This document shows positions 20,101-30,800 of a stretch of DNA of 64,000 nt, in pieces. The translations under genes and the position numbers were made by a program. The DNA lies in the IMG/VR virus record IMGVR_UViG_3300013121_000025, positions 89,653 through 153,652 of that record; one strand, given 5' to 3'. The notes under the pieces were generated by a model. The model was not told where the DNA came from and ran no database searches. It worked only from the letters and a program-made list of their open reading frames with translations. The stretch comes from a virus. Taxonomy: Duplodnaviria > Caudoviricetes. The stretch's first letter is position 1. Every line of letters starts with the position of its first letter.

Positions 20101-23100
20101 GATTCTCGATAGTATCGAGAATGCTTGGACATTAATTGATCTTGTTGATATGTATGCTTCTTTGTTATTAGAAGTTGAAACACGTTTATATGAAGCATCA
20201 AAGGATGAAGAAGTTGTTTGGGATAATGATGAGTATAATATCGAAAACGTTGAACGAGACTTTTTAACATATATGAAGAGTAGAGGAATTTCTTCACCAT
20301 ATGTAACTGATTTTAGTGCAAGTGATCCATTCACATGGAACTATACAGGAGCAATTCCACAAAATTTACCTTATACAGAAGCAGCATCTTTATGGGCAGC
20401 TAGATGGCATACCATATATCAGAATATTTTTAATACTCCATACCCACATTTAGAGCCATGGAGATTACAAGGTTATACTGACAAACCAATATGGTGGGAC
20501 GACGAATACGCAGATCAAACAAACACTCGTCGTTGGTCTACTACAATGTGGAATAGAATCAAACAGAGAAAGATTCCTGTTGGGAAAGAATTGCCTAACG
20601 GAACGATTTCCACAAACACTAATTTTCAACAGCCGTCATTACAAGCGTATAGTTTTGTTTGTGTTAATATTTCAGGAACAACTTATAGCGGATATGCACC
20701 TGATGATTTGCTTCCGCCATTTGTATCAGACGTTAACTTAGCTTCTTACACATTCATTAACGATCAAACAGTGATGGATGGTGTTGATATTGATGCTGGA
20801 TATTCATTTGGGGAAGAAGGACCATATGAATGGGATTGGAAAAATTCTGCTGCATATTATTACACTCAGATTATCAATGGATTTATTAATCAACCAGTAC
20901 GTTTTATGCATAAGACCTGGGGATATGATTATATTGATGTTGGTTATTTAAATATCGAAACAACTTTGAATAAAGTAGTATCACATACGGATGATGTATT
21001 TCATGGGGATGTTGTTAACAATGAAGTAAAGAAGTTCAAAGGATTAAATCAATGGTATGTTAACCAGAGTCGTTACCAAAATAATGATTTAAAGACATCG
21101 GACTTTTTACATTTATGGAAAAATTGGGAACCTAAGTATGGTTACCAAACTAATTCATTCGTTGATACAAATTCTATTGTTGCAAAAACAAAGAATTTTG
21201 AAATCGATTCACACAATAAATATGTTGTGATTAAAAGAAACCAAGCAGCAAAAACACATTGGTTAGATTCTCTTAAAATAACTGTGAGTGAATATGGTTC
21301 ACTAAGAAACAATAGTGATATTAAAACTCCTAAGGGCGATGGTCACGACTGGACGTTTACAATTGATAACTTTATTAATGAATCACGTGAAATAAGTTAT
21401 TATGGGGTCAAGGATTTTGATTTCGTTGTATCTGATTTGGAAGAAAGTTTATTAGAAACAGAAGGAAACCATACTTTCGAAACTGGTGATGTTGTTACTT
21501 TCTACACAACACGTAAACTTCCTTCACCTTTACAGTATTATCAAGAATATTTCATTATCAAAATTTCTGATAATGAATTTAAAGTTGCTGATACTTATGA
21601 AGATGCGTTAATTGGTACATATATTGTTTTGAATAACATAGAGACTTCTGGTATTCATAGAGTACATTCATATACTCAGCAATTCTATGCATATGGTGGA
21701 GAACAAACATCAGAAGTTTGGTTTCACAATGAAATCGACAAAACAGTGATAAACACTGTTTCGTTTCCTTTCACTATAACAGGTATTCAGAACGTAATTG
21801 ATTTTATAGATGGTTATTCATCATATATGACTGATGATGGTTTTGTGTTCAATCACACTGATGTATTAGAAGAAGATTTTAATACAGGAACCACTATATC
21901 TTGGCAAACAGAACAAGAACGTTTTATTAACAATGTGTATAAAGGCATTGGGGTTAATAATACTCCAAAAACGAAAACTATTAAGGCACACGAATATACT
22001 GTAGATTTACAGTTAAATCAGATTGTATTGAATAATCCTAACATTAGTTTCGAGGATGGGGACGAAGTTTACATAATTTCGGGACAAGTACCTCCGCAAG
22101 GACTTGTCATGAATCATCCATATTACCTTATTACGATTGAACCATCATTGGGACGTTATAAATTAGCAACAACATATAGTAATGCTATTAATAATATTGC
22201 AACATTGATCTCATCTATTGGAGCTGGTAAACACTATATTTCAACACGCGTTGGTACAACAGTTGAAAGTTTTGATTATTGTGAAGTTAATCCTTTTAAG
22301 AATAATATTTGGATTAATACTCCGACTGGTATCGTTTCTGATGTCTTACAAGGACCATATGAAGAAATCAAAATGGATTATACCTTGTATGATCAACACG
22401 GGAAGGTATTCACACAAGATGACATTCAAGTTTATCGTGAAGATACCATCACACGAGTACATGTGTTTCCAAATCTAATCAATCCTGACTTACAAGTTGT
22501 TGATGAAACAAATTACAACAATCTTCATATTAGTGGTTGGAAAGTTTATATTGATGAATATGAACATGTTATTTTGTTTGATGATTATATGGATGATGGT
22601 ACATTAATTCATGATTCATATCTTGGTTTATACGTCCCATACGTTTCAATCGAAATGGATAAGCAAACACAACTTGTAAAACGTCCGTCTGTTGGAGGAT
22701 TCATTTTACACGATGGTGAATTAATAAGAAACTTGGAAGGTTCTGTAGAAGACCATGCTAATATGTTTAGTGTATACGATGCACGCGAAACGAACGAATT
22801 AACTCGTCGTGCACGTGAGTCAATTGGATTTAGTAAAAATACCAATTTATCACTTGTCGGTTCTAACAAGAAGTCCAACTTCGTATTTTGGAGAGGAGCA
22901 ATTCAGCAGAAAGGTTCTGTTGCGTCAATCGAAGCATTTAACAATTCTTCTAACTATGTTAATACTTTTGTTGATGAAGTTTGGGCATACAAGCAAGCAA
23001 CTTTTGGAAACATTACTGAAGAACAATATCCAAGAATCAAAATGCGTGTAACTGATGAATTCAGACATGATTTGCGTTATGAATTAAATTACGATGCAGA

Positions 23101-26032
23101 TGGAAATTATCAATCACATTTTAATCCTATTCATTTTAATGATCGTTCACGTTGGATGAACTTACCTGATATAACTCCAGGATTGCCACTAACGAACACA
23201 ATTCGTCTCGAGGCTGATGTTCATAGTATTCAAACGTTTGATACAGTAAGTGCTGATGATTATGTAGTATTAAATGCATTCTGTGATAATGTAAAAGTAT
23301 ATGGTAACAATGTATTATTAGTTGAAGGAATTAACTATCGTGTAGTAACTAATAGATTATTACAATTTATCACAAGTCACACAAACGTAACTTTATATAA
23401 CATAGTTCCATCTAGAACTAAACATTCGCCAATGTATATCGAAGATACGGTTGCGAATACAGTTTCTGAGCGTCCGTTCTTATGGGATCCTGCACGTGGA
23501 TATCATAATCATAAAGCGTTAGCATATATTGATTTGATTTCAGATGCTAATCCAACAAAACAAATTATTGAATCTAAAATTAGTGCAAGTAAAGATATGT
23601 TGTTTGATTATGCAACATTTACTGCTGCTGATATTCATGTTAATACTTTAACAGTAGGACAACGTTTAAAAGAAACAAGTTTAGTTGTTGTCAACGGTGT
23701 AGTAATGCGTATGGGAGCTGACTACGATTATACAATTTCTGATTATGATATTGTATGGAGTGATGATGTAATAGAGCAAATTAACTCTACAGATCAAATT
23801 ACTGTTATTAATGTATTAGGAAATGGAACAATATTAATTGATTTACAAACAGGAGCAGATGTTAATAATGGCATTGTTACATTACCACAATCTATGGTAT
23901 ATGTACCATTTACTAATAGTATTTTTGTAATGGTCAATGGTAGTACTTTAGAGTCGGGTGTTGATTTTGATGAACAAGATCAACTTACTTTCAAGTTAAA
24001 TGTTGAACTTGAACAAGACGATGAAGTATTAATTATGGTTGTTAATACCATAATCGACAAGTATGAATATGATGTTTCCTCTATTGTCGACAATACGATC
24101 GAATTTGAGTTCTATCATGATGTATATTCATACTTGGTATTAATAAACGGTAAGATTTTAACACCTGGTATTGATTACGAAGAAACAGCAAAGTTGACAG
24201 GAATTGTTATAAATTCTGATATTGTTTTAAATGATATTACAGATAAGATAACAGTATTTGCGAACAGAATCATCGATACTACTGAGGTATATGATCAAGC
24301 ATGGACAAATAAACGTGTAGGAACAGTATGGTGGAATACCAATTCTCTTAACTATAAATTATATCATGATCCAAAGTTCTTTACAAGTACTGAAGAGCAA
24401 TTAATCAATTGGGGTGCCTTAGGTCTCGATTCGACTGTTGAATTATTAGAATGGACAAAATCTTCTGTTCCGCCTGAAGAGTATGATGCTCTTGCGTTAA
24501 AACAAGAAGGTGATATTACTATTCCTGCGAACGATCGTGCTACAGGAACAGCACGTAAGTTTGCAACATATAACGGTGAGTTCTTCGATGAGCGCAAATT
24601 TAAAATTGAGTTTTATCGTGCGACAGTGAATAATTTTGATGATGATATTATATACAATTTAAGTGGTATACAGAAACAATTATTTGTTCCTGATGCCAAT
24701 GTAATTGTATACGTTAACAATCAGACCAGATCATGGATGAAATTACGCAATTTTGATATCAATGATTATTTGCCATATGATTTGGTAAGAATTGAATTAA
24801 ACATTCGTAAAATTACATTCCCAAGAATTGTTGTGGATGTTAATAGCGATAAAACTCTTGAATCAGATACCGGGTTGCTTCCGAACACTGTATACTCATT
24901 CCAAGTATTATACAACAAGACCATTTACACATTTACATTTAAGTGGACAGTAGAAGAAACTATCACATATCAGATGTTAACTGATTATTTAAATGGGTTT
25001 ATGCCTTCGTTCTTAGAAGTTGAAATGACTGATGATGGTAATATTAGTATTAAAGGAATTAAATCGTCTCCTGAGACCACGATGTCTATTGTTAATGATT
25101 TATTGTTTAAGAAATTAACAGACTATGTTACCATAAATGATATGGAAGCATTTGCTTTATCTAATGAATATCTCGACAACTTTGATGAGCAATATGATTA
25201 TGTTGAAGTAACACGTTCGAACAATGGAGTTCCTCAAACAGAATATTATTTCTGGGTATCGAATAAGAAAATTGCACAACATAAGAGAAAAATATCATTA
25301 ACAGAAATGGCAAGTATTTTAACTTATCCAACAACCTCTTATTTTGTGCTCAAAGATTTTGTTAAGACTGTAAGTGATAATGAGTTATTAAATGATAGAT
25401 ATACCAGCTTAATTGTTAGAAATCTTCAGAATCAACTTGTTGTGGATAATCGTAATGTGTTAATTGTAACACAAAATAAGACATTGCGTGACATGGGATC
25501 ATTTAGAATTGATACTACTCGTAAGAATCAACACGAGCAATGGGGATTATTTAGACAACATTCTACAGCACGTATTACTGAAACGTTGTGGAATAAGTTA
25601 AAAGATACTATTGTCGGATTTAAGGTAACTGATAGTAATATTGCAGACACAAATACTCCTGTTCCATCTTATGACAGAGTATTGTTTGATCAAACAAATA
25701 ATACTGCGACTCGTTATGGAATTCGTGAAGGACAAGCGTTCGGTGATAAAGAACAATTATTAAATACTATTAAACAATTTATCATGAAACACGATGTTGA
25801 TACATATCCTGTTGATAAGTTTACATTAATAACAACAACAGACTTTGAAGATAATGATAGTTTAATAGAGTTTATGGACACCATTTATAATGATTTTCCA
25901 ATAAAGACTGTTAATGCTTTGTTCTTTGAATGTTTAATGGATGCGGTATCTGTTCAGCCTCATTTAACAGATCTAATGAAAACATCGTTTATATCAATAC
26001 ATACAGTTAATACTCTTTTGGATGGTGAATAA
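17198..26032 (+). CDS. Giant virion structural protein (baseplate wedge/fibre platform), 2944 aa
   Basis: Follows gp6-like gene; PPIDTDKLINYLDYYW, PFTWNY, PHLEPW motifs; internal repeated beta modules. Confidence 0.7.
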   Translation: MSNTTDYTKNNINLFDMLPSRHKTNFNRSLFNNTFNRALTKTELTYVSGNIGNTTVNRLSEDSPHRQAFQLQPLVSAIVSTVDYTLSFENLLNELSMIGVDTSVYNQWGDTTVFNYAPPIDTDKLINYLDYYWVDSTTANPIPQYITIKNIENTIQALIYQKERELEQFSTRAIVELASSPSAFVIEGDFTSVFTPYSPFRITGSTSNNGLWAVSESYLLDNKTYIVPTQNISFVGTNYGTINLNVQRTLLRNLLTIYGFSTQTLTTFANTNALNDIITYRKQLLTDKGISSDTLASQDPLLLSLIISNSGTLSTEEQAHFDTFSNYYLNDWSTDNKWKHKLDLTVADAAVGIQAVMPIIEYSHTLELNEWSFTVHKWKHRETVNDPWVETTVQPTLTQLNSPSFQSLWLYVGIDDVYPVSQPELLSSPIELHSINTELNFTAPPVNQLYSFVINNLSVLYGFNDVSVYIDGERQYGNYEEVYAPTSPRYVTGILFDDTIEPQSTAESVTIILGARAQADQGRNIRVVKMEDGSTKRVSLVQYRKIEQVKRPGEIKYPQFNLYNPDGTHSNKTSSLFAFKEDATYSLNTNINKRIVNVGNLYSFVQSMTDSNTLQLYACKDLNSVTTDNPQGFQTIWRTGVTPTTYTPTVVDENRNSATLDNGFWEMPSQWTNNIAHENRIDITSIELLNHFSTMNKQQVIPPTFFSNNQNACRLQFNIDYSVGGTIKEHNLSYDRLISSIFTTANTPVSVIRFGQLQYEGLLSLIRNSYEDTINSLLLETSESYITDLSTSVVDYLINAFETNSFYSQIFGDTTMYNDGVGIKNWVQTLPGARLKNAVHPVILHDETRGVYKLRHHDDHLSDIHIDQATLNDIKRSLINTRIDVSPTRKRGWTPSTAADYGTPESTFGAISYTRLLQNDYWLENNGDLYRFEVVAIQTTPPNPALYENKYYLDSSTGDVYVSDGTSWILDSIENAWTLIDLVDMYASLLLEVETRLYEASKDEEVVWDNDEYNIENVERDFLTYMKSRGISSPYVTDFSASDPFTWNYTGAIPQNLPYTEAASLWAARWHTIYQNIFNTPYPHLEPWRLQGYTDKPIWWDDEYADQTNTRRWSTTMWNRIKQRKIPVGKELPNGTISTNTNFQQPSLQAYSFVCVNISGTTYSGYAPDDLLPPFVSDVNLASYTFINDQTVMDGVDIDAGYSFGEEGPYEWDWKNSAAYYYTQIINGFINQPVRFMHKTWGYDYIDVGYLNIETTLNKVVSHTDDVFHGDVVNNEVKKFKGLNQWYVNQSRYQNNDLKTSDFLHLWKNWEPKYGYQTNSFVDTNSIVAKTKNFEIDSHNKYVVIKRNQAAKTHWLDSLKITVSEYGSLRNNSDIKTPKGDGHDWTFTIDNFINESREISYYGVKDFDFVVSDLEESLLETEGNHTFETGDVVTFYTTRKLPSPLQYYQEYFIIKISDNEFKVADTYEDALIGTYIVLNNIETSGIHRVHSYTQQFYAYGGEQTSEVWFHNEIDKTVINTVSFPFTITGIQNVIDFIDGYSSYMTDDGFVFNHTDVLEEDFNTGTTISWQTEQERFINNVYKGIGVNNTPKTKTIKAHEYTVDLQLNQIVLNNPNISFEDGDEVYIISGQVPPQGLVMNHPYYLITIEPSLGRYKLATTYSNAINNIATLISSIGAGKHYISTRVGTTVESFDYCEVNPFKNNIWINTPTGIVSDVLQGPYEEIKMDYTLYDQHGKVFTQDDIQVYREDTITRVHVFPNLINPDLQVVDETNYNNLHISGWKVYIDEYEHVILFDDYMDDGTLIHDSYLGLYVPYVSIEMDKQTQLVKRPSVGGFILHDGELIRNLEGSVEDHANMFSVYDARETNELTRRARESIGFSKNTNLSLVGSNKKSNFVFWRGAIQQKGSVASIEAFNNSSNYVNTFVDEVWAYKQATFGNITEEQYPRIKMRVTDEFRHDLRYELNYDADGNYQSHFNPIHFNDRSRWMNLPDITPGLPLTNTIRLEADVHSIQTFDTVSADDYVVLNAFCDNVKVYGNNVLLVEGINYRVVTNRLLQFITSHTNVTLYNIVPSRTKHSPMYIEDTVANTVSERPFLWDPARGYHNHKALAYIDLISDANPTKQIIESKISASKDMLFDYATFTAADIHVNTLTVGQRLKETSLVVVNGVVMRMGADYDYTISDYDIVWSDDVIEQINSTDQITVINVLGNGTILIDLQTGADVNNGIVTLPQSMVYVPFTNSIFVMVNGSTLESGVDFDEQDQLTFKLNVELEQDDEVLIMVVNTIIDKYEYDVSSIVDNTIEFEFYHDVYSYLVLINGKILTPGIDYEETAKLTGIVINSDIVLNDITDKITVFANRIIDTTEVYDQAWTNKRVGTVWWNTNSLNYKLYHDPKFFTSTEEQLINWGALGLDSTVELLEWTKSSVPPEEYDALALKQEGDITIPANDRATGTARKFATYNGEFFDERKFKIEFYRATVNNFDDDIIYNLSGIQKQLFVPDANVIVYVNNQTRSWMKLRNFDINDYLPYDLVRIELNIRKITFPRIVVDVNSDKTLESDTGLLPNTVYSFQVLYNKTIYTFTFKWTVEETITYQMLTDYLNGFMPSFLEVEMTDDGNISIKGIKSSPETTMSIVNDLLFKKLTDYVTINDMEAFALSNEYLDNFDEQYDYVEVTRSNNGVPQTEYYFWVSNKKIAQHKRKISLTEMASILTYPTTSYFVLKDFVKTVSDNELLNDRYTSLIVRNLQNQLVVDNRNVLIVTQNKTLRDMGSFRIDTTRKNQHEQWGLFRQHSTARITETLWNKLKDTIVGFKVTDSNIADTNTPVPSYDRVLFDQTNNTATRYGIREGQAFGDKEQLLNTIKQFIMKHDVDTYPVDKFTLITTTDFEDNDSLIEFMDTIYNDFPIKTVNALFFECLMDAVSVQPHLTDLMKTSFISIHTVNTLLDGE

Positions 26033-27858
26033 TGTCAAAGACAGATAAAACTAATGATTTATTAACATATGTAAATGATGTTAAACCATATAGTTCAAAA
26101 GTATTAGATGTTACAGAAGAATATATTCATTCTGAAACAGCGACTTCAACTGTTTCAGATCAATATACTATTGCAGTAGCTCGTGATTGTAATTATAATA
26201 TTGACTTCTTTAAACCATATGACGTGGTCGAAGCATTCACATATACCGATAATGATGGTACTGTCACTCAAGATTTGCTTCCTAAAGTGACACAAGATTA
26301 TGTTGTAGCAAAAGTTAACTTATGTGTGGACGCTGTAGAAGGATGTTCAACTTATTACAGCCCTGGAATTAGTCCTACAGAAAATGTATATTATATTGAT
26401 TTTTACTTGCATGATGTTAACGTATTGCCGGGAGAGTTAGCAGTAGGTATTATCGAATACACTGATGAATTATTAGATTTACCATGGACAATGCCTTCAA
26501 ATAATAACCAATTAATTGGTTATTATCCGACAGATTATGGATATAAGTCTGACGGTAACGGATTTAATAATAACGTTGATACATTATTTGCTGAAACATA
26601 CACAAGTTGGGATGTAATTCGTGTCGAAATTGATTTTGATACAGCAAGAGTTAATTTCTATAAATTTAATGATCCATCATATGATTTGATGGGTTATTAT
26701 ACAATCGATCCAGATTTAAAATATTGTTTTGCTGTAAGTATGAAAAATGAAAACGGCGAGAGTCCCTTCGGAGGAACAACGATTAGTCTTATTGCTCCTC
26801 CTGCACCACCGCCTGTTCCGTATGCAAATGCTTATTCAACACAATTACAAAATCAAGTTATTATTTGTACTAATATTGTAACACTAACAGGATACGTTGA
26901 AGTTGGTAATGGGGCACCTGCACCAACTTCTTCAGACGTTTTGTGGGAATTATTAGTAGGAAGTGGTATTACGTTTATCGAAGCCACTGACCCTGTATTA
27001 GCAACAGATATTGATCCTAATACAACAACAATATATAAGACTACTTATCGATATAGTTCTAATAACACAGATCCAAAAACGTTTAAAGTAACGTTCTTCG
27101 ATAATACTTCATTAGAAACATTTGCGATTTATACAGTAAACCATACACCATCAGACACGATGGAGATGAATGCTAGATTATCCTCTGACACTAATCCTGT
27201 AGATAATATCGACACCATAGGGTTTGCTACTGTAACTAGTATAGATTGGTTAGATTATAACTATGATCCATTATTATACCAAGGTGAAGTACCGGAGCCG
27301 GTGGGCGGGTTTAAGTCATCAATTCAAGCATTGTATAATTTATCGACATTTCCATATGTTAGACCAGATAAAGCAATGTATATTGCTGAGTCAAAATTAT
27401 ACGAAATTGCCACATATGATTGGGAAAAAGTATATCAATCCTTTTCTGCAACAGACGATCCTGTGTTCACGGATTTAGGAGAAGGAACGTTTAGAGTTGA
27501 TACTCTTTATAAAACCTTAGATGATATAGAATCTATTGAGGTAGTTAGTAGTGTAACCTTTACAAATACCAATCCCGACAAAATCACTAATATAGTAGAA
27601 GAGATTGAGTTGGGTGCAGCATATTCTATCTCTCTTTCTACCTCCAATTCTTTGGGATGGTTTGTATATGATGATAACGCTGAATATGAATATATGACAT
27701 CAATGCCTCAACTTAGTGATGGAGACGTGGTTTCCAATTTATCACAATCGAGAGGGTATGCTGTGACTGGTGCTGAGGAATTAATAATTAATATACCGAA
27801 AGTTGCAACAAGGCAAGTGTTTGTAGTTGTTCATAACGAACAAATTTTTATCGGATAA
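26032..27858 (+). CDS. Virion structural protein with SPRY/B30.2-like domain
   Basis: N-terminal YVNDVKPYSSK; central YYIDF...AVGI...DVIRVEIDFDTARVNFYK...YCFAVS. Confidence 0.55.
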   Translation: MSKTDKTNDLLTYVNDVKPYSSKVLDVTEEYIHSETATSTVSDQYTIAVARDCNYNIDFFKPYDVVEAFTYTDNDGTVTQDLLPKVTQDYVVAKVNLCVDAVEGCSTYYSPGISPTENVYYIDFYLHDVNVLPGELAVGIIEYTDELLDLPWTMPSNNNQLIGYYPTDYGYKSDGNGFNNNVDTLFAETYTSWDVIRVEIDFDTARVNFYKFNDPSYDLMGYYTIDPDLKYCFAVSMKNENGESPFGGTTISLIAPPAPPPVPYANAYSTQLQNQVIICTNIVTLTGYVEVGNGAPAPTSSDVLWELLVGSGITFIEATDPVLATDIDPNTTTIYKTTYRYSSNNTDPKTFKVTFFDNTSLETFAIYTVNHTPSDTMEMNARLSSDTNPVDNIDTIGFATVTSIDWLDYNYDPLLYQGEVPEPVGGFKSSIQALYNLSTFPYVRPDKAMYIAESKLYEIATYDWEKVYQSFSATDDPVFTDLGEGTFRVDTLYKTLDDIESIEVVSSVTFTNTNPDKITNIVEEIELGAAYSISLSTSNSLGWFVYDDNAEYEYMTSMPQLSDGDVVSNLSQSRGYAVTGAEELIINIPKVATRQVFVVVHNEQIFIG

Positions 27859-27865
27859 CTTTAAC

Positions 27866-27872
27866 ATAAATA
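27866..27872 (+). promoter_or_regulatory. T4-type late promoter
   Basis: ATAAATA 22 nt upstream of GTG 27895. Confidence 0.7.
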
Positions 27873-27894
27873 TGAATATCGTCGGAGAAAGAAC

Positions 27895-30800
27895 GTGAGA
27901 AATAAATTTAAAGGTGAAATTGAACTTACAATACGTAATATTGATGACAATAGCATCGTGAGTTCTGAAACAATTTACAATGTGTGCACAGATGTTTTAG
28001 ATTTATTGGTATACAATCCAAAACATTCGTCATTGTCAATAGGGTTATCAAACGAATCATACAATCCTTCAACAGGAGCTGGTGTTGGTGGAGTATTCGT
28101 ACACACTTCTCCACTTCCGTTTACAAACGGAAAAACATGGATAACAAAACCTCTCGATGGCTCAACAGCATTAAACTACGCGTCATTATACGGTCGTACA
28201 TCGAATAGTGAATATGTCGATACTATTCAACGTAAAGTTGGTCCTCTCACGATTAAATCTATTGGTTTATATGGGGTGGTTGCACCTCAAACGAGCGATA
28301 CTAGAAACATTAAAAATGTTCTGTATGCATATAGAACATTAACAAATGCAGTCGAAGTATCCTCTTCACAAATAGTAGATATTAGATACAGAATTTATCT
28401 TCCTGTATCTTATACAGGTGCAAATATTAGTGAGTCGTTAGCCGAAGCATTATTTCCAACATTATGGAAGCAAGGAACGACTAGTTTATTGTCAGCAACG
28501 TTGACCCCTTTTTATTGGGAAGATGCAACAACATTACGATACAAAGGAAACGTGTTCGGAAATGTATGCAGTATAAATTCTATCCAAGGTTCAGCTATTT
28601 CAAAAGTATCACTAAGTTTATTAGCAAACGTTAATACCACTGGAATTGGTCAAGCGTTTAGAACTTCAGCAGTTAATATGAAGTACAACAGTGCATATGT
28701 ACCAATGATGAGTAATCCGCTCCATACAACAGGGGCAGAGTTAGTTTCATGCATATATGCAAAGAAAAATACTTCATTAACTCCATTTACCGCACGTCCT
28801 GAATCTATTTGGATGGACGGAACATCTATGGTAGGAACAGTTACTCCGATTGTGGATGAAGCAGCATATGACGCTTCATATGGTCTTGATCAATTACCGA
28901 GAATTGTAAGATTAATAGTAACAAATCCATCTGGAAATTACAAATATCATTTTAAAACAAGACCATTTATTTCTTTTAATGGTAATACATATAAAGAGGA
29001 TCCAATAACTCTTGGTTTCACAAATAATTATCTTACAGCGTTTAGTGAAGATGTAGTAGATCAATCAACAATTCCATCTTTTACGATTGGAACTCCATCA
29101 GCAGCGTTACGAACATCACTTACTGATGTTGTAGTACAAAAAATAAGTAACAAATATGCAATTTCATTAAATCAAAATGAATTTGCAATACATGACGTAA
29201 TTAAAAATGATGTGTATCCTGTTAATATGTATACAACAAATACAGATGTTACACATTCATTCGCAAATATAAGTAAACAGCGTACTGTTGATACTGTTAA
29301 TATATTGAGTAATAAAATAGAATGTACATCTCATGATTATTCCAATGGTGATACATTATGGTTTGATTCTGATGACACAATGCCAGGCGGTATTTCAAAA
29401 CGTACAACATATTATGTAATTAATGCTACTGCTAATGATTTCCAAATATCCACCTCTTCTGGTGGCACAGCAGTGACAATTACAAGTGAAGGGGCTGGTA
29501 CAATTACTTTCCAAGCAACACACTCTTTTGTCCAAGCAACAGAAATGTTTACAGCGACAATTGTCAACGAAGGAATTTCAACACCGACAGAAATGTTTTT
29601 AATAGCTGACAAGTCAACCACAGTTGGTGGATTATATGCTGTTATTATTGATGATGTTACATCAATTAAAATCGTTCCTATTACAACAGGAGGAAGTCCT
29701 GCATCCTTCCCTAACGATGGCGTAAGACCAATTCATGGTGTTTATATTACTGTTGATACATCAATCCCAACTAGTCCATATAGTCCTTCAAGAAGTATTT
29801 GGGTTGCATATCGTGATGGTTTGACAACAGACGGTGGATTCTTAGTTACAGCTGATGTTGATTCTTCTCCAGCATTAGATTTGTCAGATGAGTTAACATG
29901 GGATAGTACAACTTATACTACAGTAACTGTAAGCAACAACGTAAAAACATCATTAGGTGGCACTACTCCTACTCGTACATGGGCAAATTTACATTCTATT
30001 AAAGTTTCTCCAAATCAAAACTATGTAGCATTTTTGAATGCTAATACTGCACAAATTACAGCTGGAGATAATTATTACAATCACCGTACATATTCTTTTA
30101 ATACGAGCACAAGTGCAGTTACAATGGCTGGTTCAAAATGCACAACAGGAGTTGTCGGAAGTTATGATATAACTAATAGTTATGTTCTTTCTACAACTGA
30201 TTTTGCAGGTGATATTGGATCTGTTAAACGTATGACGCATGGTACCTCAACTATTACTTCTACAGCTTCTATCGGAACTGATAGTAATTTAGTGTTATTG
30301 AGAGGCGAAACAGAAGATTATGTTTTAAATAGAACAGGATATGTAAAAGTATCAGATTTAACTGTGTCATCTTTTGCGACTGTTAATGGTAACTGGAGTT
30401 CAACAGGCACTTCTATGTGCAAAACAGCATATCTTGGTAATGGACTCATATTTACAATGACCTCTACGTCAACGTTGCTTTCTGTAATTCCTAACCCTAA
30501 TACTGCATCTTCTAACCATGGTGCAACTGGTGCAACATTAGCAGAAGGAGTATTTGAGGAATTTGTTTGGACAACATATGCATACGATGGAAGCGATTGG
30601 TATGTAACATCATTAAACGAACCTGCTACGGCAAACAAGAAGTTTTTATCCGCTCCATCTCATGATCTTATTGATGGTATATCAGTAACATTTGATCAAT
30701 TTGGTACAACACCGACAAACTATCTTGCCACAGGTGGTAGATATTATGACATTTATGTATGTCCAGGTGTAATTCGTGACGATTTAACAGATATTTCTAT

